Positions 42,704 through 52,626 of a DNA stretch of 64,000 nt are shown in pieces. The notes under the pieces were generated by a model. It had not been told where the DNA came from. It saw nothing but the letters and a program-made list of their open reading frames with translations, and made no database searches. How positions within the stretch are numbered: position 1 is the first letter of the stretch; each line of letters opens with the position of its first letter. Both the position numbers and the translations under genes were made by a program. Source of the DNA: TPA_inf: Saccharomyces (Eukaryota); the NCBI GenBank assembly GCA_000146045.2, contig BK006937.2, positions 32,001 through 96,000 on the forward strand, given 5' to 3'.

Positions 42704-43285
42704 TCAGTGATAAACGTTGATTACGTTATTGATAAAAGTCTTTTCTTCTGGCAAGGCAGTTGGAACACCAAAGACCAATTGAGATTGTACAGTCCACGCA
42801 ATAGGAACATCTTGAGGCAAAGCAGATTTGACGTAGTCATTATAGTGTTGCAAATTAGCCCCCAATCCCAATAGTTCGAGGGCAGTCCAAGACTGAATTT
42901 GCACAGCACCGGTCGTATGAGCGGCGCATGTTGGGAAAGCGGCTGCCAAGGCTGGAAAATCTCTTTGCAGTTTTTCAGTTGGTCCTTCATCAGTGAAGAA
43001 AATGACTGAACCGTAAGCCTCATCTCTGCAAGACTCTGGTCTCTTCTTGGCTTCAGCAGTTGGCATTGCGCTCGCAACAGCATCCCATATCCTTTTGTGT
43101 GTATCACCAACGATAATGACAGCGCGATTCACTTGTGAGTTAAAAGCTGTTGGCGTATTCTTGAGAATAACGTGTACAGTTCTCTTTACATCATCCAAAC
43201 CGACACCTTGTGGTAATTCGGGCTTCAAATTGTAGATGGTACGACGGTTTGTAATAGCGTTTAAGTAGTTTCCAGTTGGGGACAT
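42704..43285 (-). CDS. HBN1: HBN1 (YCL026C-B) nitroreductase-like protein, FRM2 paralogue
   Basis: 193-aa CDS from the internal Met (MSPTGNYLNAITNRRTIYNLKPELP...) that aligns with the Frm2 N-terminus. The six-frame ORF extends 24 codons further upstream. Confidence 0.8.
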   Translation of the reverse strand: MSPTGNYLNAITNRRTIYNLKPELPQGVGLDDVKRTVHVILKNTPTAFNSQVNRAVIIVGDTHKRIWDAVASAMPTAEAKKRPESCRDEAYGSVIFFTDEGPTEKLQRDFPALAAAFPTCAAHTTGAVQIQSWTALELLGLGANLQHYNDYVKSALPQDVPIAWTVQSQLVFGVPTALPEEKTFINNVINVYH

Positions 43286-44017
43286 TTCTTTGGCTTGGAG
43301 GTCTGGTGTTCTTGATTTTGATGGTGTATATAGCTTTAAAAAACCAAAAATGATCAACCTTTATATCTCTCTTCGATCACAACATGGGTGGAGACAAACA
43401 CAAAGTAGTGATGACCCACTCAGGTGTTAAAGTGTGTCATATCTGCAAATGACACTGTATTTTTTTTTCCTTTGCCATTTATTGTCGCAGTAAGGAAAAG
43501 CGCAGAGCAAAGCTGACAAATTGAAAAATTATTCGGAAGAGCATTGACAAATATTGATTAATAATCAAGTAACACTCGCAGACATTGTTATTTCAGAAGT
43601 AAAAATATCGCAGAACAAGTTGGTTAAACTGAATGCTTCAGTCATTCTAATGCTAATTACACCTTAACAAAATTAAAAATTCTTAACGTAGATTTTTAAA
43701 AAAGGCAAGAAGATCGTTCCTGATGCACGACGAAAACGGTTGCACCCCTACTAAGGCAAAATTGCATATGCGGATGAAATCAAACCTCTTCTGTTGCATT
43801 AAGAACAAAAGGAAATCATTTTTCTCTCACTTCATATTATTTCACTTATATTTTCCTCTCCACTTCCATCACGCAATCGTTAGTGCTTTTTATTTTTTTT
43901 CTTCGCTCATAAAGGACTAGAATTAAAATGAAAATCGTCTATCATTACACGTATGCTATTACTACAAAACAGAAGTACAAAAATGAATAAATATAAAAGA
44001 AGTAAATGCTTTTTTTT

Positions 44018-45919
44018 TTAACACCAGAAGGCAACGACCCTTTTCCAATAAGGTCCGTTCCTCAAACGTTCCCTATATTCTTCGTCTTCTTGCTTGATTA
44101 ATTCTTCATCAAAGATTTGTCTATGAGAATCTAGGTCGATCTTGTCTGCCCTGATGAACAGTTTCCAATCCTTGTGCCAGACCTTGTAGCCGACATAAAG
44201 TGCAATCAAGATTGGCATAGCCAAGTAGTTTTCGAAAAAGGCTTGTGCATCCAGCTTACCTTCACCAATGGGGGCGATAGCGACCCAAAATTGGGCAATA
44301 AGAATTAAAATCATCATAATGCAAGCGTAGGCAGATCCCCAAACACCAGTTTGAGATTTGAAACCCAATTCTCCAAGAGATCTCCCTTGGACTTTCATGG
44401 CTCTTCTAAATCTAAGATGGGATAAACAAATGGCAGTCCATGTGAAAAGCTGAGACAAACCAGAAATGGCCAATAACCAAGTGAAAACTTGTTCTTCCTT
44501 GGGAGATGCAGCACAGAAGGCAATAACGGCAAACAATGCAGAAACACCCATGGCAATCAATGGTCTACCGGCTCTGTCGATGTAGGAGAAAACCTTAGGA
44601 GCGTAACCTTGCTCGGATAGAGTTAAAAATAAACGAGCACTGGAGTAGAAGGAGGAGTTAGCCATGGACAGCACGGAAAGTAGAATAACGGCGTTAATGA
44701 AGTGTGGGACGACACGGACACCGTGGGATGCAACAGCAATGACATATGGCGAGGCTTTAGTACCACCACCGGTAGAACCCAATAATTGATCGGAATTGTA
44801 TGGCACCAAGAAACCCAGTAGAATAATGGTAGCCAAGAATAGGAATAAGATTCTGTAGATCATTTGTTTGGCCGCACCTGGAATGGCCTTTCTTGGATTA
44901 GATTGTTCTGCAGTGGTGATGGCAATAAACTCTGAACCACCAAAGGCAAAAGCAGCAGTCACTAATGTTGCAGCAACACCTTTAAATCTGTCAATGGCAT
45001 GTTTACCATTGAAAGCGCCCGGATCGTGCCAGTATTTACCACCAATAAAACCATCATTACCAGCGCCACCAACATCGATGATAATACCAAGAATGAAGAA
45101 CCCAGTCATCATCAAAATTTTGCAACAGTTGAAGAAGAACTCAGCTTCTGCATAACCACGAGCACCGAAAATATTAATAGTAATCACCAAAACATAGAAA
45201 ATAATGACGAACACATCCGGGTTCACAGATGTCGTCCAATATTTGATAGTCATGGATGCGGTCACCAATTCCAGAGGACACACACACAGCCATTGCAAAC
45301 AATAAACCCAAGCGACTGCAAACCCAAAACCATCATCCACAAGGAAACTGGGGTATGCATTGTAGCCACCAGTCAAGTTACTATACACTAGCGCCATTTC
45401 ACCACATGCTTGAATAATACAGTACAAGATAGAACCCATAATAGCGTAACCAATAAGTAGTCCAGCTGGACCCGCATGAACCAACGCGGTACCGTTACCG
45501 ACCAATAACCCAGTACCGATACCCGTACCCAACGCAATCATCAGAACATGTCTAGGCTGAATGGTTTTCTTCAGCGAGTCCGACTTATGACCTGTATTAG
45601 CGCCTATGTTGTCCGAACTTTCATTTTTTTCTAGTTCTTGAGCCTGTCTAGAAGAAGGTGAGATAGCCGACGTAAGATCGTTCATTTGTGTTGCTTCTAC
45701 TTCATCCTGTGGACCCTGATCCGCTCTTTTAAAGGAGTCGAAAAACCTACGCACGGCAGAAGTGTTATGCTGTTCGTAACCTAAATGAGGTTGTGAGGAT
45801 GGACGGTCATTGGAGCCTGTTTCGAAATATTCAATTTCATTATCCTGCCCCGTGGCATGTATTTCTGTGGAGCTATTTTTCAAGTCTTTCAGTTCGTATA
45901 GAGACTTCGACGACGACAT
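44018..45919 (-). CDS. AGP1: AGP1 (YCL025C) broad-specificity amino-acid permease
   Basis: 633-aa APC-family 12-TM permease. Confidence 0.95.
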   Translation of the reverse strand: MSSSKSLYELKDLKNSSTEIHATGQDNEIEYFETGSNDRPSSQPHLGYEQHNTSAVRRFFDSFKRADQGPQDEVEATQMNDLTSAISPSSRQAQELEKNESSDNIGANTGHKSDSLKKTIQPRHVLMIALGTGIGTGLLVGNGTALVHAGPAGLLIGYAIMGSILYCIIQACGEMALVYSNLTGGYNAYPSFLVDDGFGFAVAWVYCLQWLCVCPLELVTASMTIKYWTTSVNPDVFVIIFYVLVITINIFGARGYAEAEFFFNCCKILMMTGFFILGIIIDVGGAGNDGFIGGKYWHDPGAFNGKHAIDRFKGVAATLVTAAFAFGGSEFIAITTAEQSNPRKAIPGAAKQMIYRILFLFLATIILLGFLVPYNSDQLLGSTGGGTKASPYVIAVASHGVRVVPHFINAVILLSVLSMANSSFYSSARLFLTLSEQGYAPKVFSYIDRAGRPLIAMGVSALFAVIAFCAASPKEEQVFTWLLAISGLSQLFTWTAICLSHLRFRRAMKVQGRSLGELGFKSQTGVWGSAYACIMMILILIAQFWVAIAPIGEGKLDAQAFFENYLAMPILIALYVGYKVWHKDWKLFIRADKIDLDSHRQIFDEELIKQEDEEYRERLRNGPYWKRVVAFWC

Positions 45920-46578
45920 TGTGCGAAGCTATCTTTGTCTATATTAGCGTGCTTCTTCTATAAAGATTACATAATAAACTTGTTCTACATTGTTGTGGGC
46001 AGACCATCAAAGACAAAGCACTTATATATGTATGTAAAACAAATGAGTATTACGAGGAAAATAACAAAAAGAAACTAATCACGAAGGATATGAGTCTTGT
46101 TAGCGGACGAGGGGAAGATAGCGCAAGACACACGTATAGCCGACCTATCCTATGCATCTTAGCCGTCTTATCAGGATTGATTTGCGGTTCAGTGAAAGAG
46201 ATAACCACTGCCAAGCTGGAAGAAATGGCTAGAAGGCACTAAAAAAAGAGCCTCGCAGCGCAACTTAAGAACTGTGGACTACTAAGGAGCAGCAATCCGC
46301 TGGACGTGGGGGAGTTGAAAGTTGGCCGGATACTGCAACCTGCTTATCTATGACTCGATGAGACCGTTATTTAGTGCGATGGTGCCACTGGGAGTGCCAT
46401 CAACGGCAAAGTTGCAGCTTTTTGCAGCAGATCAGTGCCGCTTAGACGGCACCCTCAAGCGGCACTGAAGAACGGCGCGCTTTTTTTTTTCTTCTATTAT
46501 GCCGGTCAAGGAAAAAAAGAAACCAAAAAAAAATGCCGTGGGAGGCACGGATGCAAGATTTCTCCAAAGTCCCTTTTT

Positions 46579-46632
46579 AGCCGCCGAGGAAATGAGGAAA
46601 TAAGGGGTTAGCCGCCGAGTGAAGCCGCCGAG
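46579..46632. repeat. Three perfect copies of AGCCGCCGAG (46579-88, 46610-19, 46623-32) just upstream of GTATAAAAGG
   Basis: Read directly. On the AGP1 strand this reads CTCGGCGGCT x3, resembling the CGGC-containing UASaa bound by Stp1/Stp2; that assignment is an inference. Confidence 0.5.
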
Positions 46633-47161
46633 GTATAAAAGGGAGAATGCACACCTTCGTAAGAAGATTCTATTTGAAAGAGTGCTAGGTAAAGTCATCA
46701 AAAGGCTTATTGATATAATAATTGCTTTGCAAAATGGAAAACAAATGACTTTGAAAATGGGAGAAAACAAAAATTATATAGGTAATGTTGAGTTCTTGAT
46801 TTTTTTTTTGTTTCTGTCCTTGCCACAGCTCTTTTCATGGAACATTGGGCTCTAGGATAATTTTTTTATGTTTTCTGTTATGTTTGCCATGGTAGGTTGA
46901 GGTAAAGGCGCTCTTTCAGCAATGACGATTTATGCTAATATGTTTTCCTTAAAAGGAAAACATCTCGTTCTTTTTTTCGCGTGCTGTGCAAGAAAACGCG
47001 TAACGCAGTCTTAGTAAAAGGGCTCTCTTGAAAACTACATGAAAACTAAAAAAGAAGATGTAAATTTGGATACAACAGCGTAGAATAGCATAATAGAGTG
47101 TGCAATAAACGTGTATAGGCTTGATAATAGTGCTGACGTAAATTACCAGAACTACTGCAGT

Positions 47162-50100
47162 ATGACTGTGGCGAATACCGAGACCCATTCTGCTGCTAAA
47201 CCATCGAGTACTATAGGCCCATGGAAGCTTGGTGAAACACTGGGCTTTGGTAGCACCGGCAAGGTCCAACTTGCGCAACATGAGCGCACGGGCCATAGAA
47301 CAGCCGTCAAAGTAATCTCAAAGTCCATTTTCAACAACAACGGAAACCACAGTAACGACGATTCAGTGCTGCCATACAACATCGAGCGTGAGATTGTTAT
47401 TATGAAACTTTTGAGCCACCCAAACGTTCTGAGTCTTTACGACGTTTGGGAAACCAACAATAACCTGTACCTTATCCTGGAATACGCCGAAAAGGGAGAA
47501 CTGTTCAACTTGCTTGTGGACCACGGTCCCTTGCCCGAGCGTGAGGCCATCAATTGCTTCAGACAGATAATTATAGGCATTTCATACTGCCATGCGCTAG
47601 GAATAGTACATCGGGATTTAAAGCCAGAAAATCTTTTGCTCGATAGTTTCTATAATATCAAAATTGCGGATTTTGGTATGGCAGCTTTACAGACAGACGC
47701 CGACCTGCTAGAAACTTCTTGTGGGTCTCCTCATTATGCCGCTCCTGAGATCGTATCAGGTCTGCCCTATGAAGGATTTGCCAGCGACGTTTGGTCTTGC
47801 GGTGTAATCCTCTTTGCCCTTTTAACGGGTAGACTACCCTTCGATGAAGAAAACGGTAATGTTAGGGATTTGTTATTGAAAGTCCAAAAGGGCCAGTTTG
47901 AAATGCCCAATGACACCGAAATTTCCAGAGATGCACAAGATTTAATCGGCAAGATTCTCGTTGTAGATCCCAGGCAAAGAATAAAAATCAGAGACATCCT
48001 TAGTCATCCACTGCTAAAAAAATATCAAACCATTAAGGATTCCAAAAGTATCAAAGATTTACCTCGTGAAAATACCTATCTATATCCACTGGCTGACTCG
48101 AACAACCATACTAGCGCCTCTATCGATGATTCAATCCTACAAAACTTGGTGGTACTTTGGCATGGTAGACACGCCGATGACATCGTATCTAAACTGAAAG
48201 AGAATGGAACCAACAAAGAAAAAATTCTATATGCGCTACTATACCGTTTCAAACTGGACTCTGTAAGGGGATCGAATAAGAAGAACCGCAATAAGATAAA
48301 GAAAACCAAAAAAAATAAAAGATCTAGCACACTTTCGTCATCGTCATCATTATTATTGAACAACCGAAGCATACAATCTACGCCACGCAGACGTACATCC
48401 AAGAGGCATTCCAGGGAATTCTCTTCTAGCAGGAAGAGATCGTCCTTTTTACTGTCCTCGAATCCTACCGATAGTTCTCCAATACCTTTGAGAAGTAGTA
48501 AAAGAATTACACATATTAACGTAGCGTCTGCAAATACCCAAGCAACGCCAAGTGGTGTCCCGAATCCTCACAAGAGGAACTCAAAAAAACGGTCAAGCAA
48601 AAGATTATCTTATATGCCTAATACAAAAAGAAGCTCACTAACATCAAAATCATTATCAAACTTTACTAACCTAATAGATGATGATGATTGGGAGTACATT
48701 GAAAAGGATGCAAAGAGAACAAGTTCCAACTTCGCTACACTGATTGATGAAATATTTGAGCCTGAGAAATTTGAATTGGCGAAAAGAGAAAAGGCTGAAC
48801 TTCAAAGAAAAGTTCAGGAAGCAAAAAGGCAATCAGTGAATGCACAGAAGATTAATGAGGACGAGTTTGGATCCGAAGTTTCTGATGGAATGAAAGAGCT
48901 GAAAAAAATAAATGACAAAGTGTCGTCCCCGTTGATAAATTACGAATTTTCGCAACAAGAACTATTGCAAGATATAGACACCTTACTAACGAATCGTTAT
49001 CAACTTTCGTCATATACTAGGCCTATTTCGAGACTGGATCCCGGATTAACGCCTGTTACTGAGACACTTCCTAACAACCTAAAAGAAAAAACAGCTCTGC
49101 TGCAGGATACTGAAAAGAAAATAATAGAAACGATACGCAGATCCAAATTTTTAGGATCGCTACTAAATGTTAGAGGGGGACTATCGCCAGGGAAAAGTGA
49201 ACTGGCACCTATCGAAGAGTCTCCCATAGTTTCAACCACACCACTAATATATAATGATCGAATGGAACCTCGTAGGATATCCGATGTGGAAGTCCCACAT
49301 TTCACGAGGAAATCAAAACACTTTACTACTGCTAATAATCGGCGCTCAGTCTTATCTTTGTATGCGAAGGATTCAATCAAAGACTTAAACGAATTTTTAA
49401 TAAAGGAAGATCCTGATTTGCCTCCACAAGGAAGCACTGATAACGAAAGTAGGAGCGAAGATCCCGAAATAGCCGAGAGTATCACTGATTCAAGGAATAT
49501 ACAATATGATGAGGATGATAGTAAGGATGGTGATAATGTGAATAATGATAATATATTGAGCGACTTTCCTCAAGGCGTTGGCATATCACAGGAATACGAC
49601 ATGAAGGATAAAAATCCAAACCAATCTCCAATATCAAAAAGCGCAGAGCCCACACTGGTAGTGAAACTTCCGTCTTTGAGTTCTTTCCAAGGAAAAAACG
49701 CCAGTGGGTTGGGCCTATACCAAAGAGAGCCTTCTAAGGTAACCTTACCGAGCCTTACAAGTAATAACAGCAGCGTCGGAGAAAACATAGAGGATGGGGC
49801 GGAAAAAGGGACTGAGAGTGAGAAAATCGCTGCTTCCCTGTCAGACGATGACTTGAAGGAAGATAATGACAAGAAAGATAACGACACAGTGAATGCCCCT
49901 ACTACAGTAAAAAAGCCACCTAACAGCGTACTCTTGAAAAAATTCTCAAAAGGTAAAATCTTAGAACTTGAAATACATGCCAAAATACCTGAAAAGAGAC
50001 TATACGAGGGCCTACATAAACTACTAGAAGGCTGGAAGCAATACGGGTTGAAAAACCTGGTGTTTAACATCACTAATATGATCATAACAGGAAAATTGGT

Positions 50101-50275
50101 GAATGACAGTATTTTATTTTTACGATCTACGCTTTTTGAAATAATGGTTTTACCAAATGGAGACGGTAGAAGTTTAATTAAATTCAATAAGAAAACAGGA
50201 TCTACTAAAACGCTGACCAAGCTTGCTACAGAAATCCAAATTATTTTACAAAAAGAAGGTGTTTTGGACAAATAA
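47162..50275 (+). CDS. KCC4: KCC4 (YCL024W) septin-associated Nim1-family protein kinase
   Basis: 1037-aa CDS from Met (MTVANTETHSAAKP...). It has an N-terminal Ser/Thr kinase domain (GxGxxG, HRDLKPEN, DFG), a basic/serine-rich middle and a C-terminal KA1-like domain. The six-frame ORF has 17 extra upstream codons. Confidence 0.85.
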   Translation: MTVANTETHSAAKPSSTIGPWKLGETLGFGSTGKVQLAQHERTGHRTAVKVISKSIFNNNGNHSNDDSVLPYNIEREIVIMKLLSHPNVLSLYDVWETNNNLYLILEYAEKGELFNLLVDHGPLPEREAINCFRQIIIGISYCHALGIVHRDLKPENLLLDSFYNIKIADFGMAALQTDADLLETSCGSPHYAAPEIVSGLPYEGFASDVWSCGVILFALLTGRLPFDEENGNVRDLLLKVQKGQFEMPNDTEISRDAQDLIGKILVVDPRQRIKIRDILSHPLLKKYQTIKDSKSIKDLPRENTYLYPLADSNNHTSASIDDSILQNLVVLWHGRHADDIVSKLKENGTNKEKILYALLYRFKLDSVRGSNKKNRNKIKKTKKNKRSSTLSSSSSLLLNNRSIQSTPRRRTSKRHSREFSSSRKRSSFLLSSNPTDSSPIPLRSSKRITHINVASANTQATPSGVPNPHKRNSKKRSSKRLSYMPNTKRSSLTSKSLSNFTNLIDDDDWEYIEKDAKRTSSNFATLIDEIFEPEKFELAKREKAELQRKVQEAKRQSVNAQKINEDEFGSEVSDGMKELKKINDKVSSPLINYEFSQQELLQDIDTLLTNRYQLSSYTRPISRLDPGLTPVTETLPNNLKEKTALLQDTEKKIIETIRRSKFLGSLLNVRGGLSPGKSELAPIEESPIVSTTPLIYNDRMEPRRISDVEVPHFTRKSKHFTTANNRRSVLSLYAKDSIKDLNEFLIKEDPDLPPQGSTDNESRSEDPEIAESITDSRNIQYDEDDSKDGDNVNNDNILSDFPQGVGISQEYDMKDKNPNQSPISKSAEPTLVVKLPSLSSFQGKNASGLGLYQREPSKVTLPSLTSNNSSVGENIEDGAEKGTESEKIAASLSDDDLKEDNDKKDNDTVNAPTTVKKPPNSVLLKKFSKGKILELEIHAKIPEKRLYEGLHKLLEGWKQYGLKNLVFNITNMIITGKLVNDSILFLRSTLFEIMVLPNGDGRSLIKFNKKTGSTKTLTKLATEIQIILQKEGVLDK

Positions 50276-50451
50276 AAAAAAGGGAGGGATAATCGATCCC
50301 CAAATGGACAATACGATGTAACACCGTTATATAATTAATAAATGTATATATGTAACTATTTTTTGAAAAAAATAAAATGGTAATTTATTAAATATTTGGA
50401 CCGGTCAACAATCTCAGATATAGTTGAAAAAATCTTTAATTGTAATAGCAG

Positions 50452-50461
50452 AAAAAAAAAA
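50452..50461 (-). terminator. Pol III terminator (T10 on the bottom strand) for tRNA-Glu
   Basis: A10 on the top strand directly abuts the tRNA 3' end. Confidence 0.6.
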
Positions 50462-50533
50462 CTCCGATACGGGGAGTCGAACCCCGGTCTCCACGGTGAA
50501 AGCGTGATGTGATAGCCGTTACACTATATCGGA
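50462..50533 (-). tRNA. tE(UUC): tRNA-Glu (anticodon UUC), tE(UUC)
   Basis: The reverse complement reads TCCGATATAGTGTAACGGCTATCACATCACGCTTTCACCGTGGAGACCGGGGTTCGACTCCCCGTATCGGAG. This is a 72-nt cloverleaf with a GTTCGACTCC T-arm and a TTC anticodon. Confidence 0.95.
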
Positions 50534-50699
50534 TAACAAATTATTAAAATTATTTAATAAAAAGATGAACTAATGGTGTATAAAAACATCATAAAAACTC
50601 AACTCAACTGTTCCAATAAAATCTGCAATTTAAATTAATTATTCTGAAAAAACACGTAAATTGTTGGAATGGAACCCTAAAATATTTCCTCTTTAGTAC

Positions 50700-51036
50700 T
50701 GTTGGAATAGAAATCAACTATCATCTACTAACTAGTATTTACATTACTAGTATATTATCATATACGGTGTTAGAAGATGACGCAAATGATGAGAAATAGT
50801 CATCTAAATTAGTGGAAGCTGAAACGCAAGGATTGATAATGTAATAGGATCAATGAATATAAACATATAAAACGGAATGAGGAATAATCGTAATATTAGT
50901 ATGTAGAAATATAGATTCCATTTTGAGGATTCCTATATCCTCGAGGAGAACTTCTAGTATATTCTGTATACCTAATATTATAGCCTTTATCAACAATGGA
51001 ATCCCAACAATTATCTCAACATTCACCCATTTCTCA
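50700..51036 (+). mobile_element. Solo delta (Ty1-type LTR), 337 bp, flanked by an AGTAC target-site duplication (50695-99 / 51037-41)
   Basis: Runs TGTTGGAATAGAAATCAACTATC...CATTTCTCA with a perfect 5-bp direct repeat on both sides. It encodes the first codons of TYA (MESQQL...). Confidence 0.85.
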
Positions 51037-51054
51037 AGTACTATTCATGTTACT

Positions 51055-51215
51055 TGAGAAATGGGTGAATTTTGAGATAGTTGTTGGGATTCCATTGTTG
51101 ATAAAGGCTAATAATATTAGGTATACAGAATATGCTAGAGGTTCTCCTCGAGCATATAGGAATCCTCAAAATGGAATTAGCATTTCTACATAATAACCTC
51201 AATTCCCTTTTGTGG
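51055..51215 (-). mobile_element. Inverted partial/diverged delta (3' portion), tail-to-tail with the preceding delta; right boundary uncertain (may extend to ~51300)
   Basis: Its reverse complement aligns to the 3' ~150 bp of the 50700-51036 delta with a few mismatches. The sequence diverges beyond ~51200. Confidence 0.55.
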
Positions 51216-51619
51216 ATTCACATATTCTCGATCGGAACTCCTAGCATAGTGCAGACAACACTCACATAGCTCTCCCATTTATCAAGTTGGAATTCACTCC
51301 AAGAAATTTTCTTGCTTCTCTCTTTCCCACAGAAATGAAAAGGAACAGTTTGGCGGCTATTGTTTTAGCCCTTACTTTTTGGACCCTTTGAAAAAATGCC
51401 AAGAATGCGTGACGGTTTCCCTCCATGCTCGAGAACCACAAAAACCCTATGTGGTATTCGATTATGCGACTCACGGCAAATATTTGACTTGTCAAAGTTA
51501 TTCGGGATTTCCTTGAATCCCTGAGAAGTGAAATGGAAAGAATTTAAGGGCATAAATACCTTTCAAGCACCCAGAAGAACAGTAAAATAAAGCAAGGTAC
51601 GTGAAATTAATATTTTTAA

Positions 51620-51997
51620 ATGGTTCTAACCGATGCCGAAGAACTGCGCAGTCCGGTTATAACGTCTGACATGTCCTTTTTTGATTTGGAATCCAACCAC
51701 TCAAGTGACTCTGTTCATTTACTTTGCGAAAAATATACCCACAAATTGCCCATCGAAAGTGAATCGCAAACCACCTTCAGACTGGCACCGACAAAGCAAA
51801 GATTATACAGACAGAGTACTTTATACGTACCGTTAAGTCTCAAGCAAAGGGTTTTCTTATTTACTGAACGGGTAAAGAGTATCTGGGCCGGCTTGCCAAG
51901 ATGCAAACCGAATAAGTATTTCAAAGTTGCATTTGCCTTAGCCGTCCTGACACCATTGGCTATTTGGATATTTTATATTGACTTTCGTGTACATTGA
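51620..51997 (+). CDS. YCL021W-A uncharacterised 125-aa ORF embedded in the delta cluster, with a C-terminal hydrophobic segment
   Basis: Non-repetitive 125-aa ORF whose length matches YCL021W-A; there is no homology evidence here. Confidence 0.4.
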   Translation: MVLTDAEELRSPVITSDMSFFDLESNHSSDSVHLLCEKYTHKLPIESESQTTFRLAPTKQRLYRQSTLYVPLSLKQRVFLFTERVKSIWAGLPRCKPNKYFKVAFALAVLTPLAIWIFYIDFRVH

Positions 51998-52068
51998 TCA
52001 CATCGACTGTTCTATTGGCAAATGAACCACGGGCATTGACTATTTTTCAGGTTACTACTATATATTAT

Positions 52069-52294
52069 TGTTGGAATAAAAATCAACTATCATCTACTAA
52101 CTAGTATTTACGTTACTAGTATATTATCATATACGGTGTTAGAAGATGACGCAAATGATGAGAAATAGTCATCTAAATTAGTGGAAGCTGAAACACAAGG
52201 ATTGATAATGTAATAGGATCAATGAATATTAACATATAAAATGATGATAATAATATTTATAGAATTGTGTAGAATTGCAGATTCCCTTTTATGG
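52069..52294 (+). mobile_element. Truncated delta (5' 226 bp, Ty2-type LTR)
   Basis: Differs at one position from the first 226 bp of the adjacent full delta and ends in ...CCCTTTTATGG. Confidence 0.8.
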
Positions 52295-52626
52295 TGTTGG
52301 AATAAAAATCAACTATCATCTACTAACTAGTATTTACGTTACTAGTATATTATCATATACGGTGTTAGAAGATGACGCAAATGATGAGAAATAGTCATCT
52401 AAATTAGTGGAAGCTGAAACGCAAGGATTGATAATGTAATAGGATCAATGAATATTAACATATAAAATGATGATAATAATATTTATAGAATTGTATAGAA
52501 TTGCAGATTCCCTTTTATGGATTCCTAAATCCTCGAGGAGAACTTCTAGTATATCTACATACCTAATATTATTGCCTTATAAAAAATGGAATCCCAACAA
52601 TTACATCAAAATCCACGTTCTTTTCA
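52295..52626 (+). mobile_element. Solo delta (Ty2-type LTR), 332 bp, flanked by TATGG on both sides
   Basis: Runs TGTTGGAATAAAAATC...CGTTCTTTTCA and is near-identical to the Ty2 LTRs downstream. Confidence 0.85.

Noticed and set aside
49570-50271. 233-aa antisense ORF within the KCC4 3' region (also 49000-49485).
   Set aside because: Long only because KCC4 sense codons here are Ser/Lys/Asn-rich, which makes the antisense stop-poor. The composition is low-complexity S/F/L, there is no start context or promoter, and it is fully embedded in a confirmed kinase gene.
50658-50699. TGTTGGAATGGAACCC... resembles a delta 5' end immediately upstream of the 50700 delta.
   Set aside because: Only ~9 bp match the LTR terminus before the similarity is lost, so it is too short to call a separate element by eye. 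It could be a remnant, but this is unsupported.
50996-51193. 65-aa ORF starting [14 protein letters not shown]...
   Set aside because: The first part is the TYA start codon region encoded within the solo delta, which then reads through the inverted delta. It is a relic of Gag, not a gene. The same applies to the ORFs at 52467-52787 and 52983-53201 inside LTRs.
51262-51553. Short bottom-strand ORFs (77 aa, 62 aa) in the region of dubious YCL022C/YCL023C.
   Set aside because: They overlap the diverged inverted delta and the YCL021W-A promoter, and nothing distinguishes them from random ORFs.
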